A stretch of DNA of 64,000 nucleotides, taken from Rhizophagus irregularis (Eukaryota). The position numbers and the translations under genes are program-made. Location of the stretch: positions 3,038,001 to 3,102,000 of the forward strand of contig NC_089433.1 in the NCBI RefSeq assembly GCF_026210795.1, given 5' to 3'. A model generated the notes under the pieces. It had not been told where the DNA came from and searched no databases. It saw only the letters and a program-made list of their open reading frames with translations. Below, one piece after another: positions 12,643-23,514 of this stretch. Every line of letters starts with the position of its first letter. The stretch's first letter is position 1.

Positions 12643-14724
12643 TTAGTTCTGTGCTCTTCTCCATTTCTCCACCTCTTTAAATACTTTTCTCCAACTACTA
12701 TTGTCATTTTTAACTTTTACTCGACTGTATCTTTTAGTATCTTTGTACACGCCCTGATTTTCTTCAAACATTCTAACCATGTCCAAATATTCATCCTTCT
12801 TTAATGTTGGATATGATGATTTTTCCGTTTTCTTTGTTTCTCTTCCAATGTAATTTTTCCAACATACGTCGCCATCTTTTTCTAAAAATATCACTATTGA
12901 TTTATCTATTGTTTCTTTCAATCTGAATATTTCTTTTTCCATCTCATGATTTCCATGTGGAGTAATTAATCCTCTGTCAAAACTTTTCATCTTTTGATAA
13001 TAATATTCACAATATGGTGATTTGTCCAAAATTATTATATCTGTATCTTCGTCATATTCTAACATTCTTCTGTTTATTTGTTCCACTACTTCTTTTCTAA
13101 ATTTCCATTCCGTCTCCATTTTTGATTCATAAAATTCATCTTTGTCTTTTCTTCTTCTTTTATAAGTATTGAATCTTACTTTTAATCCTTGTTTTTCCCA
13201 TTCTTTAATTAAATTTTGTACTATACTTGTTTTTCCTAATCCGTCTACTCCGTCGATTATTACTATTTCTGGTTGATCCTCTACTATCTTTAATAACCTA
13301 CTTAATGCGTCGGCGTTCATATTTTCTTTTCCCGACCTATGTATTACTTCAAAATTATATTGCTGTAATTCCATCACCCATCTTGCTCTTTTTCCTTTTG
13401 GTATCTTTGCATTCATTAATCCTTTTAATGCACTGTGATCTGTTATTACTTTAAATTTTCTATCGATTAAATATTTATGAAAATGTTGAATTCCCCAAAC
13501 TATTCCTAAACATTCCAATTCTGTTATCGGATAATTTTCTTCTGCTGGTAATAAACTTCTACTCGCATATGCTATTACTACTTCTTTTCCCTTTTCATCT
13601 TTTTGACTTAATACTGCACCTAATCCTTTTCCTGATGCATCTGTTATTAATAGAAATTCTTTCTTCCAATCTGGATGTCGTAATATCGGATATTGTATTA
13701 GCTTTTCTTTTAATTTTTCAAATGCTTCTTGTTGTTCTTTTCCCCAAATAAAAGGTACTCCCTTCTTTCTCAAATCACTTATTGGTCTAGCTATCTTTGA
13801 AAAGTTTTTCACAAATTTTCTGTAATATGAACAAAGTCCTAAAAATGATCTTACTTTTTTCACTGTTGTCGGTGCCTTCATTTCTTTTATCTTTTCTATC
13901 TTTTTATCGTCTGGCCTTAATCCATCATTTCCTACTATATGTCCTAAAAATTCTATGTTTCTTTTCAAAAATCTACATTTCTTTAATTTTATTATTAAAT
14001 TATTCTCCTGTAACTTCTTTAATACTTTTTCCACATGTTCCATATGGTCTTTTAAATTCTCTGAATATATCATAATATCGTCAATATATACTACTACAAA
14101 ATCATTTATGTATTCTTCTAATATTTCATCCATTAATCTTTGAAATGTTGCTGGTGCATTCGTTAAACCGAACGGCATTACATTATACTCAAATAATCCT
14201 TTTGAACATACAAATGCTGTTTTTTCTTTGTCTTCTTCTTTCATTTCTACTTGATTAAATCCTGCCGCTAAATCTATACTCGAAAACCATTTTGCTTTCC
14301 TGTATTTATCTAGTAATTCATCCATTCTTGGTAAAGGAAAACTATCCATTATAGTTATCTTGTTTAACTTTCTGTAATCAATACAGAATCTATATTTTCC
14401 CGTTTTCTTTCCTGCTAATGTAACCGGTGAACTCCATGGACTTTTTGATTTCCTTATCCTTCCTTGTTTTAACAATTTATCCACTTCTTCGCTTATAAAT
14501 TTTGCCTTTTCATCTGTTTCTTTGTATCTTCTTTGCTTTATTGGTTCTACCCCCTCTTTTATTTTTATCTCATGTTGCGCTGCTTTCGTTCTTCCTTCTA
14601 TCTCTTCGTCATATTCCAAAATATCTTGGTATTCTAATAGTAATTTTACCATATTTTCCCAAATTGGTTCTTCTACTTTCCCTATACTTAGTTTTTGCAT
14701 AAATTTTCCACTTGGTTCGAGCAT
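12643..14724 (-). CDS. pol: Pol: reverse transcriptase + RNase H + C-terminal P-loop NMP/thymidylate-kinase-like domain
   Basis: RT motifs RFCIDYRKLN, MPFGLTNAPATFQ and YIDD; RNase H motifs TDASGKGLGAVL, TDHSAL and NADALSR; then IVIIDGVDGLGKTS (Walker A) and IIILDKSPYCEYYYQ. Confidence 0.93.
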   Translation of the reverse strand: MLEPSGKFMQKLSIGKVEEPIWENMVKLLLEYQDILEYDEEIEGRTKAAQHEIKIKEGVEPIKQRRYKETDEKAKFISEEVDKLLKQGRIRKSKSPWSSPVTLAGKKTGKYRFCIDYRKLNKITIMDSFPLPRMDELLDKYRKAKWFSSIDLAAGFNQVEMKEEDKEKTAFVCSKGLFEYNVMPFGLTNAPATFQRLMDEILEEYINDFVVVYIDDIMIYSENLKDHMEHVEKVLKKLQENNLIIKLKKCRFLKRNIEFLGHIVGNDGLRPDDKKIEKIKEMKAPTTVKKVRSFLGLCSYYRKFVKNFSKIARPISDLRKKGVPFIWGKEQQEAFEKLKEKLIQYPILRHPDWKKEFLLITDASGKGLGAVLSQKDEKGKEVVIAYASRSLLPAEENYPITELECLGIVWGIQHFHKYLIDRKFKVITDHSALKGLMNAKIPKGKRARWVMELQQYNFEVIHRSGKENMNADALSRLLKIVEDQPEIVIIDGVDGLGKTSIVQNLIKEWEKQGLKVRFNTYKRRRKDKDEFYESKMETEWKFRKEVVEQINRRMLEYDEDTDIIILDKSPYCEYYYQKMKSFDRGLITPHGNHEMEKEIFRLKETIDKSIVIFLEKDGDVCWKNYIGRETKKTEKSSYPTLKKDEYLDMVRMFEENQGVYKDTKRYSRVKVKNDNSSWRKVFKEVEKWRRAQN

Positions 14725-14759
14725 CTTTTCCGTCTCTCTCTCTTCAGAGCCAAGACTTT

Positions 14760-15263
14760 CTATTTAAAATTCTGGTGCATTTTGAATACCTCTCCTTCAT
14801 CGTTGCTTTCATATTCTTCGTCATCCTCGCTCTCCTCACTTTCATATATTGCTTCTCTTTCATATCCTACTGGAATCGTTATTATTTCTCCTTGTTCTTC
14901 TATTCTTAAGGTATGATCTTCAAAATTTATTTTTGCATTATACAGCTTCCATATATCATTTCCCAAAATTAGATCCTCTTCTTCTAAATCGATTACTTCA
15001 ACTTCTTTTAGTATTTCTAATTCATCTTTGTATCTCAAAGTTATATTTGCCTTTCCTAACGCTGCTATCTTTTGCCCATTTGCTATTGTACATCTAAATT
15101 TACTTTTTCCAAATATAGGTATATTCAATCTCCTCCTTAATTTGTCTGTTATCACACTTACTGCTGCTCCAGTATCTATTATTACATTCACTAATTGATC
15201 TTCAACTTCTAATTCTGTTCTCATTGCTGTAGTTCTTTTCTCTTCATTTTTCATAGTTCCCAC
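14760..15263 (-). CDS. Retropepsin aspartic protease
   Basis: IIDTGAAVSVI and LILGND motifs; in frame with gag beyond a single TGA. Confidence 0.92.
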   Translation of the reverse strand: MGTMKNEEKRTTAMRTELEVEDQLVNVIIDTGAAVSVITDKLRRRLNIPIFGKSKFRCTIANGQKIAALGKANITLRYKDELEILKEVEVIDLEEEDLILGNDIWKLYNAKINFEDHTLRIEEQGEIITIPVGYEREAIYESEESEDDEEYESNDEGEVFKMHQNFK

Positions 15264-15272
15264 CGAGTGTAG

Positions 15273-18200
15273 TCAATTTTTCTCGTTTATGCTTCTTGGT
15301 CTATATGTTCCTTCTCTCAATTGTTTATGATACTTAGTATTCTCATTTATCATTTGTCCAATTGTTATATTCGCTCTACAATTTTTCACGTCTTCCACAA
15401 TATCGTAAGGTGGTATTCCATCAGTTAATCTCGGTCCATATTCTCTGGGCTTTCCTGTCCCTGATGGCTTTGTTCTAACCCAATTTCCAAATTCATCTTG
15501 CCGCATTCCAGGGTAAAATGCTTTGCCTTCTTTTGTGAACATTGGTTTATAAAATCTTCCATCTTTTGTCATGGGTCGCCGACCATAATTATAATCTTCT
15601 GGTCCTATTGGATTATCCCAATTTTGACTATCTTTGTATACATTATTTTGTTCTGTCCTTTCGGGCGTATATCTTGGTGTTGTTGTTCCACTTGGTATTT
15701 CTCTATCATCCATTCTATTTCCCGCTTCTCTTAATTCTTCTTGTAAATTTCCTTCTTCATTATTATTTTTATATCCCACTACTGGATTCGTCCTTCTTGT
15801 TTGTCTTCTTGTCTTTACTGCGTTATCTTTTGCGTATAATTCATTATGATAATTTAATTCCCTATCTTCATAATCATCGTAATAACCTTGTGTATAATAC
15901 ATTTCACCGTATTGTGGTTCCTCATCTTCATATCCATTATAATCATATTCTTCTTGATCATAATACTCGTCCATCATATTCACTCCTACATTCCTTCTTT
16001 TCTCTGGACACTCTCTTGAATAATGACCAGCTCTACCACATGTATAGCATGTCGGTACTCTTTTTTGTAATGACTGATTTCTTTGAATTGGTTGATTTCT
16101 TTGCATTGGTTGGTTTCTTTGCATTGGTTGGTTTCTTTGTGGCAATCGCCTATAGCTCTGACTCGCTAAATTTCTTAATCTTTCATTCTCATCTTCTAAC
16201 ATCTTAATTTGTAACTTCGCAAAACTGTCTGCTAATTCATCTACACTTACCCCTTTATTATTCCTTACATTCCCTTGAACAATAGGTTCTTGTCTTCTTT
16301 GTTCATCATTAATTCCTTTTGGTTGTACTTTATCTGTTAATGCTTCTAAACCTCTTTCTACGTTTTTTGCTATCTGAAATGTTGCATTTAGATCTGCTGG
16401 ATTTCCCATTACTACGTCTTTAGTAAAGTCCGGTTTTAATCCTCTAATAAAAATTCTCTTTTGCTGATTTGCTGCTACTGCTGCATTACCTCCCGCTCTC
16501 TTTAACATATATTTAAATCTCGTAAGGTATTGAGTTACATTCTCGTCTCCCTGTCTAATCTTTTCTAATTGTTCTAGCCATCTATCTTTAATTTCATCAC
16601 TTGCATACTTTCCAATTATTCTTACTCTTAATCTTAAATTATGATCTCCATTAACATTCCAATCGACAATATTTACTCCTTCAGTCTTTAACCAATCTGC
16701 TGCTCCTCCCATTAATTTCGCTTTTGCTAATCTAAATCTCTGTGCATCATCATTCCCTAAACCATTTGCTGTAAATGTCTCCTCAAATTTATCTGCCCAT
16801 TCTTCTGGATCTTCTCCACTGGTACCATAAAATACTGGTATTTCCACAATAGCTCCCCTATTTGCGTTTAAATTTCCTATTGCATTAGTATTCGCTTGAA
16901 CTTCTCCTTGTAATCCTGTCAATGTTACTGGTGGTAATGCTAAATTGTTCCAATCTGCCCCAATATCATGATTATACATAGTATTCATTAATGCTCTTAG
17001 ATTTGCCCTGAGTTCATCTCTTGATGCTGCCATTGTTATCTTTGGTTTTATTGGTGGTACTGGTGTTATTGGTATTATAGGTGTTTTCTTTAATTCTTTG
17101 TTTTCCTTTTTGCTTTTTGATTTTTTACTTGAGCCAATTTCAGGTCCTTTTATATCCTCTTCCACTTCATCTTCATCATCTATTGGATTTTCTTTTTCAA
17201 TATCTTTTTCACATTCTATGCAAGTTTCTTTTCCAATTTTGAATTCTTTCTTTAATCTTTCAATTTCACATCTTTCACATTCTTTTGTGTTTTCAACTCT
17301 CCATTGTAATATTTGTTCATCTAATTTTTCATCTTCAAGATTCCATATTGTTAAATATTTCTTCATAAATTCATATGTTGTTATTATCTTTGCGGTTACT
17401 CCAAATTTTCTTATTTTTTCGATTTCCGTTATTTCTACATCATATCCCATCCTTTTCAAATCCATTCTAATTATTTCTTCGAATATCTTTGTTGTTTCTG
17501 TTTCTTCAACATTATTGGATTCAATAGATTCATCAGATTCCTCATCTGACATTTCTTCATTTTTACTAATTGGTAAATTTCCTTCTTTCTCATCGTCTGT
17601 TTCCGTTATAGTATAGCTTCTTGGTGTATCATCACTATCTGTTTCATCTATATTTAATTGTTCAAACCCTCTAATCTTATCATAAACTTTTTCAACTATC
17701 TCTTTTTTAATTCCCCAACCATGTTCACGAACTCTTATGTGCATTGTGTGCAACATTAATCTAATTTTTTGTTTGAACGCTTCTATCTTTTCTGTTGACT
17801 CATCTTCTTTTAATTCAGCTTCTTCATATAATATATTTTTGTATCTTCTAATAGTGCTATCCTTACATTCTATAAAATTTGTTATAGCTTCTTTATACCA
17901 TTCATAAAATTCCCCAAATCTTATATTCACATCCCAATCTTCCAAAATATAACCATATCTTATTAATTCCTCATTCCCTATCAATCTGTCCATTGTTTCA
18001 TCTTCTTTATCATTTTCTATACAATCTCTCACGATCACTATTATTATTATCTTTAATCCTTTTTCTCTTAATACTGGTTGTTTCAAGTATCTTATCGATT
18101 CGACCATTACATCTAATGCATCTCTAGTCCTTCCTTTTGTATAATTATTTCTTTCTTCACTATCTATACTTAATAAATTTAATAACGCTCTTACAGTTTC

Positions 18201-18407
18201 TGCATTATAATCTCTTATCGTATATTCAAATTTTTGCAATATTTTCCAAAATTTCTTGAAAACTTCTGGTGTATCTCTTATTGGATAACATGTTTCACAT
18301 GTTATATTTTCTCCTCTTAATTCGTCTATATCTACATTTCCGATATTTTCGTCATGTCTTAATTTGTGGTTCTCGTAATCAACCCTCCAAGTTTCATACC
18401 ATTCCAT
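15273..18407 (-). CDS. gag: Gag with long N-terminal extension and CCHC zinc knuckle
   Basis: IPVFYGTSGEDPEEW...GAADWL, IRQGDENVTQYLTRF...FIRGL capsid-like motifs; CYTCGRAGHYSREC knuckle. Confidence 0.9.
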   Translation of the reverse strand: MEWYETWRVDYENHKLRHDENIGNVDIDELRGENITCETCYPIRDTPEVFKKFWKILQKFEYTIRDYNAETVRALLNLLSIDSEERNNYTKGRTRDALDVMVESIRYLKQPVLREKGLKIIIIVIVRDCIENDKEDETMDRLIGNEELIRYGYILEDWDVNIRFGEFYEWYKEAITNFIECKDSTIRRYKNILYEEAELKEDESTEKIEAFKQKIRLMLHTMHIRVREHGWGIKKEIVEKVYDKIRGFEQLNIDETDSDDTPRSYTITETDDEKEGNLPISKNEEMSDEESDESIESNNVEETETTKIFEEIIRMDLKRMGYDVEITEIEKIRKFGVTAKIITTYEFMKKYLTIWNLEDEKLDEQILQWRVENTKECERCEIERLKKEFKIGKETCIECEKDIEKENPIDDEDEVEEDIKGPEIGSSKKSKSKKENKELKKTPIIPITPVPPIKPKITMAASRDELRANLRALMNTMYNHDIGADWNNLALPPVTLTGLQGEVQANTNAIGNLNANRGAIVEIPVFYGTSGEDPEEWADKFEETFTANGLGNDDAQRFRLAKAKLMGGAADWLKTEGVNIVDWNVNGDHNLRLRVRIIGKYASDEIKDRWLEQLEKIRQGDENVTQYLTRFKYMLKRAGGNAAVAANQQKRIFIRGLKPDFTKDVVMGNPADLNATFQIAKNVERGLEALTDKVQPKGINDEQRRQEPIVQGNVRNNKGVSVDELADSFAKLQIKMLEDENERLRNLASQSYRRLPQRNQPMQRNQPMQRNQPIQRNQSLQKRVPTCYTCGRAGHYSRECPEKRRNVGVNMMDEYYDQEEYDYNGYEDEEPQYGEMYYTQGYYDDYEDRELNYHNELYAKDNAVKTRRQTRRTNPVVGYKNNNEEGNLQEELREAGNRMDDREIPSGTTTPRYTPERTEQNNVYKDSQNWDNPIGPEDYNYGRRPMTKDGRFYKPMFTKEGKAFYPGMRQDEFGNWVRTKPSGTGKPREYGPRLTDGIPPYDIVEDVKNCRANITIGQMINENTKYHKQLREGTYRPRSINEKN

Positions 18408-20009
18408 CGTTGTAGTCGTTCATCCAGAATCTTAACTAAAATCTCACCTCCTTTTATATATATATTTCACTCTCATCGTTTCTATTTTCAATCTTCTATG
18501 TTTCTATTTTCAATCTTCTAAACATTCTTTTATCTTTAAACAGATTGCTCCTTTCAATCTTTAAATTCCATCTTTCAGTTTTATATATTTACTACTCCAT
18601 ATTCTATTATTAATTTTTACTGCGCCTTAAAATTTCAAAAAAAAATTTTCCTAAGTTCACGATCTCCTCAGACTGCGGAGGTTTTTACCGCGCCATAAAA
18701 TTTATCTTTTATCACCGATATCCATAATTTCACATGTCACATTCTAAAATTTATCTCCTATCACCGTGATTCATAATTTCACTTATCACATCTTTTTGTC
18801 ACCAAGATCCATAATTTCACATATCACAAACTCCAAAATTTTCATAACTTTTAAAGTTCGCGAATTTCCAATCTTTCTTATCGTCCACATAAATCCTTCT
18901 TACTATATATTCTATATTATATAAATTGATCTATAATACACAAAATGTCGTTCTTTTCAGATAAATGTCCTTCTTTTCAAATAAATGTTCTTTTCAGATA
19001 AATATTCTTTTTCAAATAAATGTTCTTCTTTTAAATAAATATCCTTCTTTTCGGATTTTACTCTATTATTAAATACTGCACGTAATATTCATTATACGGC
19101 TCGTTAATGTGTAAATATCCTTCTATTTTATCTTCTTTTAACGGAACATCGTAATGAGAGCGTGAACTAGGACACTACACCAGGAACCTTCATCTGAAAT
19201 GTAGCCTAGAACCTGTAACAATACGACGTATCCGTCTTTTTCTTCTTTCGTTGGCCGACTCGTCTCTTAACGGGTGAATCTAACCTTCCAAAATCCGGTT
19301 TCAAAAGTCATCAGCTATCCATAAAACTCATCTAAACCAACTTATCTTTCCTCAAATTAGTGGACCTATACTGGGCTTATCTCTATCTTTTTCCCATTGG
19401 GTAAAAGCATGATAGTTTACAGGTTTGTCCCATTTTATCCATTCAATGTTTCTTGATAGTAGGTGTCTTTACAATTTTCATTCCCGTCCCCAAAGCAATT
19501 TGCGCATTATTGAGCTGGATATCCAGATTTGACGTAACCCATACGTTATAATCTTTAATGTCGAAGAATAAAAATTTTCCAATCTTGAGCATTTATCCAG
19601 AATTCAAACTCAGAGGTAACCCATACCACACAGATGAACCCCAGATAATACATTGGTGTTCTCCCATTATTAATCTTTATTCCAAAATTCATCTTTCACT
19701 TCCCCATCTCCTTATGAAATTTCTCAAGTACTTTATTCCCGAAAGAAATATTCTTGTGCTTTCTATCGATTAAGTGATTACTTGCACAACAACAAACTCC
19801 AATCTTTTACCTTTTCAAGTTTTTAACTCAATTAAATCCTTATTGATTTATTTGGTTCCTTTTGAACTCGTTAAAACCTGAAATCTAAAAATAAATTCTA
19901 AAATAAAACATTGATTAATAATACCTATCAGTGACTTACTAACGAAATTAAATTTTCATATTCATTATAATAATAATAATCATGTGATGATGATCATTTC
20001 CTTTCTTGC

Positions 20010-20021
20010 GAGCATGCACCA
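20010..20021 (-). promoter_or_regulatory. Primer-binding site of the Gypsy element
   Basis: TGGTGCATGCTC lies 2 nt downstream of the 5' LTR and is complementary to a tRNA ending ...TGCACCA (possibly tRNA-Gly; not verified). Confidence 0.7.
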
Positions 20022-20023
20022 TA

Positions 20024-21113
20024 TGAGATCCCCCAATTCCCTCTGTCATCAATTTACAGAGTTGCCACATCGAACGGGCATTCCCATGGTCGAACGAACG
20101 AATGAACGAACGAACGAATAAACGAACGAACGAATAATCGACGGCATAATTAACAAATAATATAATCAACGCACAACAACAATATACAACAACATTCTTG
20201 GTTCACAACATAAATAGCGTTAGTAATATAAAACATTAAACGATATAAAATAAAATTTACTTCTCTAAATTTTCCCCAAATTATATCCACTTTTACCTTT
20301 AATTTCAAACTTCGATAGCTCTCGCTACGAATTATTACTTTTCAAAAGTGTACATTTAATTCATCTTAAAATTTCCATTTTTATTCAATTAAAATTAATT
20401 AAGCGAACATTAATTAAAGTTTAGGGCGAACCTATTACCTTTAATTAAAATTATACTTCATTAACAAATAATTAAATGAAACTTATATTTTTATTGAGTT
20501 CTGTGGATGAGAACTGTGAAATTACTTTGAATTCCGCTCTCTATATATACAATTTTTATGCTACTTTCTATACTATCTTTTATGTTCTTTTTACATATTA
20601 TCTTTGAACTATTTTTCTAATATACTATCTATATTTTAAATACGCTATCTTTTAATATGCTATCTTTTAATATGCTATCTTTTTATATATGTTCTTTTTA
20701 ATATATTATCTTTTACGTTCCATCTTTATACTATCTTTTTATATTATCTTTTACATTATTTTGTGTTCTTTAATCTTTCTGACATTATTCTATATGTTCT
20801 TTTAACTCGCTTTATGTGTTTTGCTTATAATCTATCTTTTGTGGCTTATAATTATTCTTTCTTATCGTTCTTATTGTTAAAGATTGCTAAGCCGCAATTG
20901 ATCGACTCTATTTATCCTATTGGTTCCTTGTCAATCATTCAATAAATATTACATCATGTAGATCATTACTCTTCCTAAATGTTTATCCTTTTCGGCTAAT
21001 TATTTATCCATCTACGCCAATCTATAATTAATTTGTTCGTTCTTAATATTTAATAATTACATTTGGTGGTTGAATTTTATCATCTTTTCGTGCTTGATAT
21101 TCGACCGTTTACA
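20024..21113 (-). repeat. 5' LTR
   Basis: Direct repeat of 10192-11281. Confidence 0.97.
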
Positions 21114-21119
21114 CCGTAC

Positions 21120-22076
21120 TAAAGATGTTAGCCGTAACTGTAATATTAAGACACAGTATCGTATGTAATAGGTTGCAACCTATCTATATTAAAAAGCAAA
21201 AGTTGTAATGCTGTAATTAGGTTGTAATGCCATAATTAGGTCGTAATACTGTAATTAGGTCTTAATGCCGTAACTAATCCGTAATGCCGTAATTCCAAAA
21301 TTACGTATGTAATTTCGGCCAGAATTATGCACTTAATTTTAGCAGAAATTAACAAATATCCTAAAAAGGAAAGTGTTGTTACACAAAATTCCAGTATCGT
21401 TCCCACTAAAATCAATTTTTGTGGAATGGCTATCGCCAAAAAGGAAAGATCTGCATTTCCGTTTTGGCTGAATTATGATTTTGGCTGAAATTACATGTTT
21501 AAGTGAAATTACGTTAATTTCGGCTGGAATTATATTTTGGATTTTGGATTTTAGGAAATATGTGACCGTGTAATTTCAATTTTAAGGGGTAAATAATATC
21601 AATAATAATAATAATAATAATTTTTTTTTTGTAAAAAAGTTTATATGTAAATTATGCATAAAATCATCTAATTATTAAAGATATTATGCTAATTTAATAT
21701 AAATTTTTTGAAAAAAACTTAATATTTCCCACCTTTCACCCCCAACCACCCACCCCATAATTTTTTTCTTTACACGAACGCATATACAAAATACAAAAAA
21801 AAATGCGACGCGTCTTATGTACCCCTAAAAATTAAAATTACACGACATATAAACTATTGTAATTTACTTTTATAATTCATTACTTTTATTTTAAATTTTT
21901 ATGCCATTAAAAATTACGACATTACAGCCTAATTATAGCATTGCGACCTAATTATAGCATTACGACCCAATTACAGCATTACGGCCTAATTACAGTATTA
22001 CGAAAAGTGTCATAACTGTAATGCTGTATGCTGTAATATTACAGCATCGGCCAATCAATTACGGCTAACATCTTTA
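21120..22076. mobile_element. hAT-type MITE (family 2)
   Basis: TIR TAAAGATGTTAGCCGTAA...TTACGGCTAACATCTTTA. The 8-bp TSD is AACCGTAC (split by the Gypsy insertion) / AACCATAC. Empty site AACTGTAC at 23327-23334. Confidence 0.88.
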
Positions 22077-22208
22077 AACCATACACACTAATTCACTATG
22101 ATGCAGTTCAACTACGCTAATCTTTGTACCTTCACGCTATTGGTTGTAGCGTCCACAGTAAAATTCTTTTTATTTCCGTGGTCATGAGAATCGAACCTGC
22201 GACCTCAC

Positions 22209-22452
22209 TAAGGTTGCTTGCCGAAACCTAGGGGTTTAGGCAAGATGGCGTTTCGCCGAAAAGCGAAATTCTGCCGAAACTATATTAAAGTTATATTAAA
22301 AAACTGGTAAAACTTTGGAGAAAGGCGAAACTGCCAAAACTTATTATAAATGCCGAAACTGCCAAAACTCTGCCGAAACTATAATAAATTTATAGTAAAA
22401 TTTTGACGAAACTAATCGTAGGATTTTGAAGAGGTTTAGACAAGCAACCTTA
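22209..22452. mobile_element. hAT-type MITE (family 1, copy 2, inverted)
   Basis: Same TIRs as 8527-8769; 8-bp TSD GACCTCAC; empty site at 23451-23458. Confidence 0.92.
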
Positions 22453-22537
22453 GACCTCACCATACTCAGGCTTAATGGGGTCTCAGTGACTAACCACCGA
22501 GATAGGGTGACCAACCCTTTATAAATCGTCTTTTTAC

Positions 22538-23514
22538 TTTGCTATGTTTACGGCCAGACCACCCATTGCCTCTTATGAGACTAATCTCGGGTCTGTGTCC
22601 TATTATCTTCAATGGACAACCATTATACCGAGTACTTAATTTCTTCAGGTAACAACACCACTATAGAAGACATCCCCCATCAAGCCATTTTAGGCTGATC
22701 TGAAGCTAGGTACACGCCGTTTACTCATCCTTAATCCATTGCATGATACTGGTACTCAATTTATTTTACGACCTTTAGAGAGCACCTACTTTCATGGAGG
22801 ACTTTCGACAGGTAACATCAACCATCTAGTACCCTTCCATACCACCATTTTAGGTATGAGGTCTCATTCAAGGGCTACTACAGCCCGCGATTACCTAGCA
22901 CCGATAGTACAGTTGTTTACTCCAAGTGGTATACTTTGTAGTGACCACTCAGACAGGAAGTAGCAGGCATCTGTCCAGGATCACCCCTTATGGTGGGTAT
23001 CAACCACCAGGGATCACCAACCAGGACCCAAAGAGTAGGGAATCGAACCCCATAATCATGCTACCTGTTCTGTGCACGAACACCTTGGTTGGTCTAAGAC
23101 CTAACAGAAGGTCTAACTACCACTAAGACATTGCACCCTTAGCTTTACCATCTAGGACAACCATCTAGCCATTACTGACCCCAAGCGGTATCGTGGAGTG
23201 ACCACCCGGACAGGAAGTCCCCTCCAAGGTATAGTAGTGACCTCAAGGACAGGACTGCGCACATGCCAATGGCCTCATAGGGAACGTTAGAAGAACACCA
23301 TGACCCTTAGTTGAAATGTGCGGCCTAACTGTACACACTAATTCACCATGATGCAGTCCAACTACGCTAATCCCTGTACCTTCACGCTATTGGTTGTAGC
23401 ATCCGCAGTAAAATTCGTTTAATTTCCGTGATCAGCGGAATTGAACCTGCGACCTCACCATACTCAGGCTTAACGAGGGTCTCAGTGACTAACCACTGAG
23501 ATAGGGTGATCAAC
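22538..23514 (-). mobile_element. Uninterrupted ~1-kb tRNA-headed SINE-like element, copy B
   Basis: Minus-strand head TGATCACCC-TATCTCAGTGGTTAG (A-box-like)...GCAGGTTCAATTCC (B-box-like)-GCTGATCA; no ORF; flanked by the direct repeat TTATAAATCGTCYTTTTAC. Confidence 0.7.

Larger units (their letters stand above)
10192..21113 (-). mobile_element. Full-length Ty3/Gypsy LTR retrotransposon (~10.9 kb)
   Basis: Two 1090-bp LTRs (TG...CA), 4-bp TSD CCGT (10188-10191; 21114-21117), PBS, PPT and gag-PR-RT-RH-IN order. Confidence 0.97.
9372..22512 (-). mobile_element. SINE-like repeat copy A2, split by the Gypsy element and two MITEs
   Basis: Segments 9372-10191, 21114-21119, 22077-22208 and 22453-22512 join into a sequence colinear with copy B. 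tRNA-like head at 22180-22512 on the minus strand. Confidence 0.65.

Noticed and set aside
12174..17616. Plus-strand ORFs overlapping the Gypsy genes (and similar antisense ORFs over the LINE and pPolB)
   Set aside because: Low-complexity shadow frames of strand-biased coding sequence.
18444..18462. Shine-Dalgarno-like AAGGAGGTGA upstream of Gypsy gag (and GAGGT before integrase)
   Set aside because: Eukaryotic context and wrong spacing to the gag ATG; equally explained as a splice donor or chance.
23425..23514. Genuine tRNA gene
   Set aside because: A/B-box-like motifs are present, but the anticodon arm and spacing are non-canonical and the sequence is the head of a dispersed repeat.
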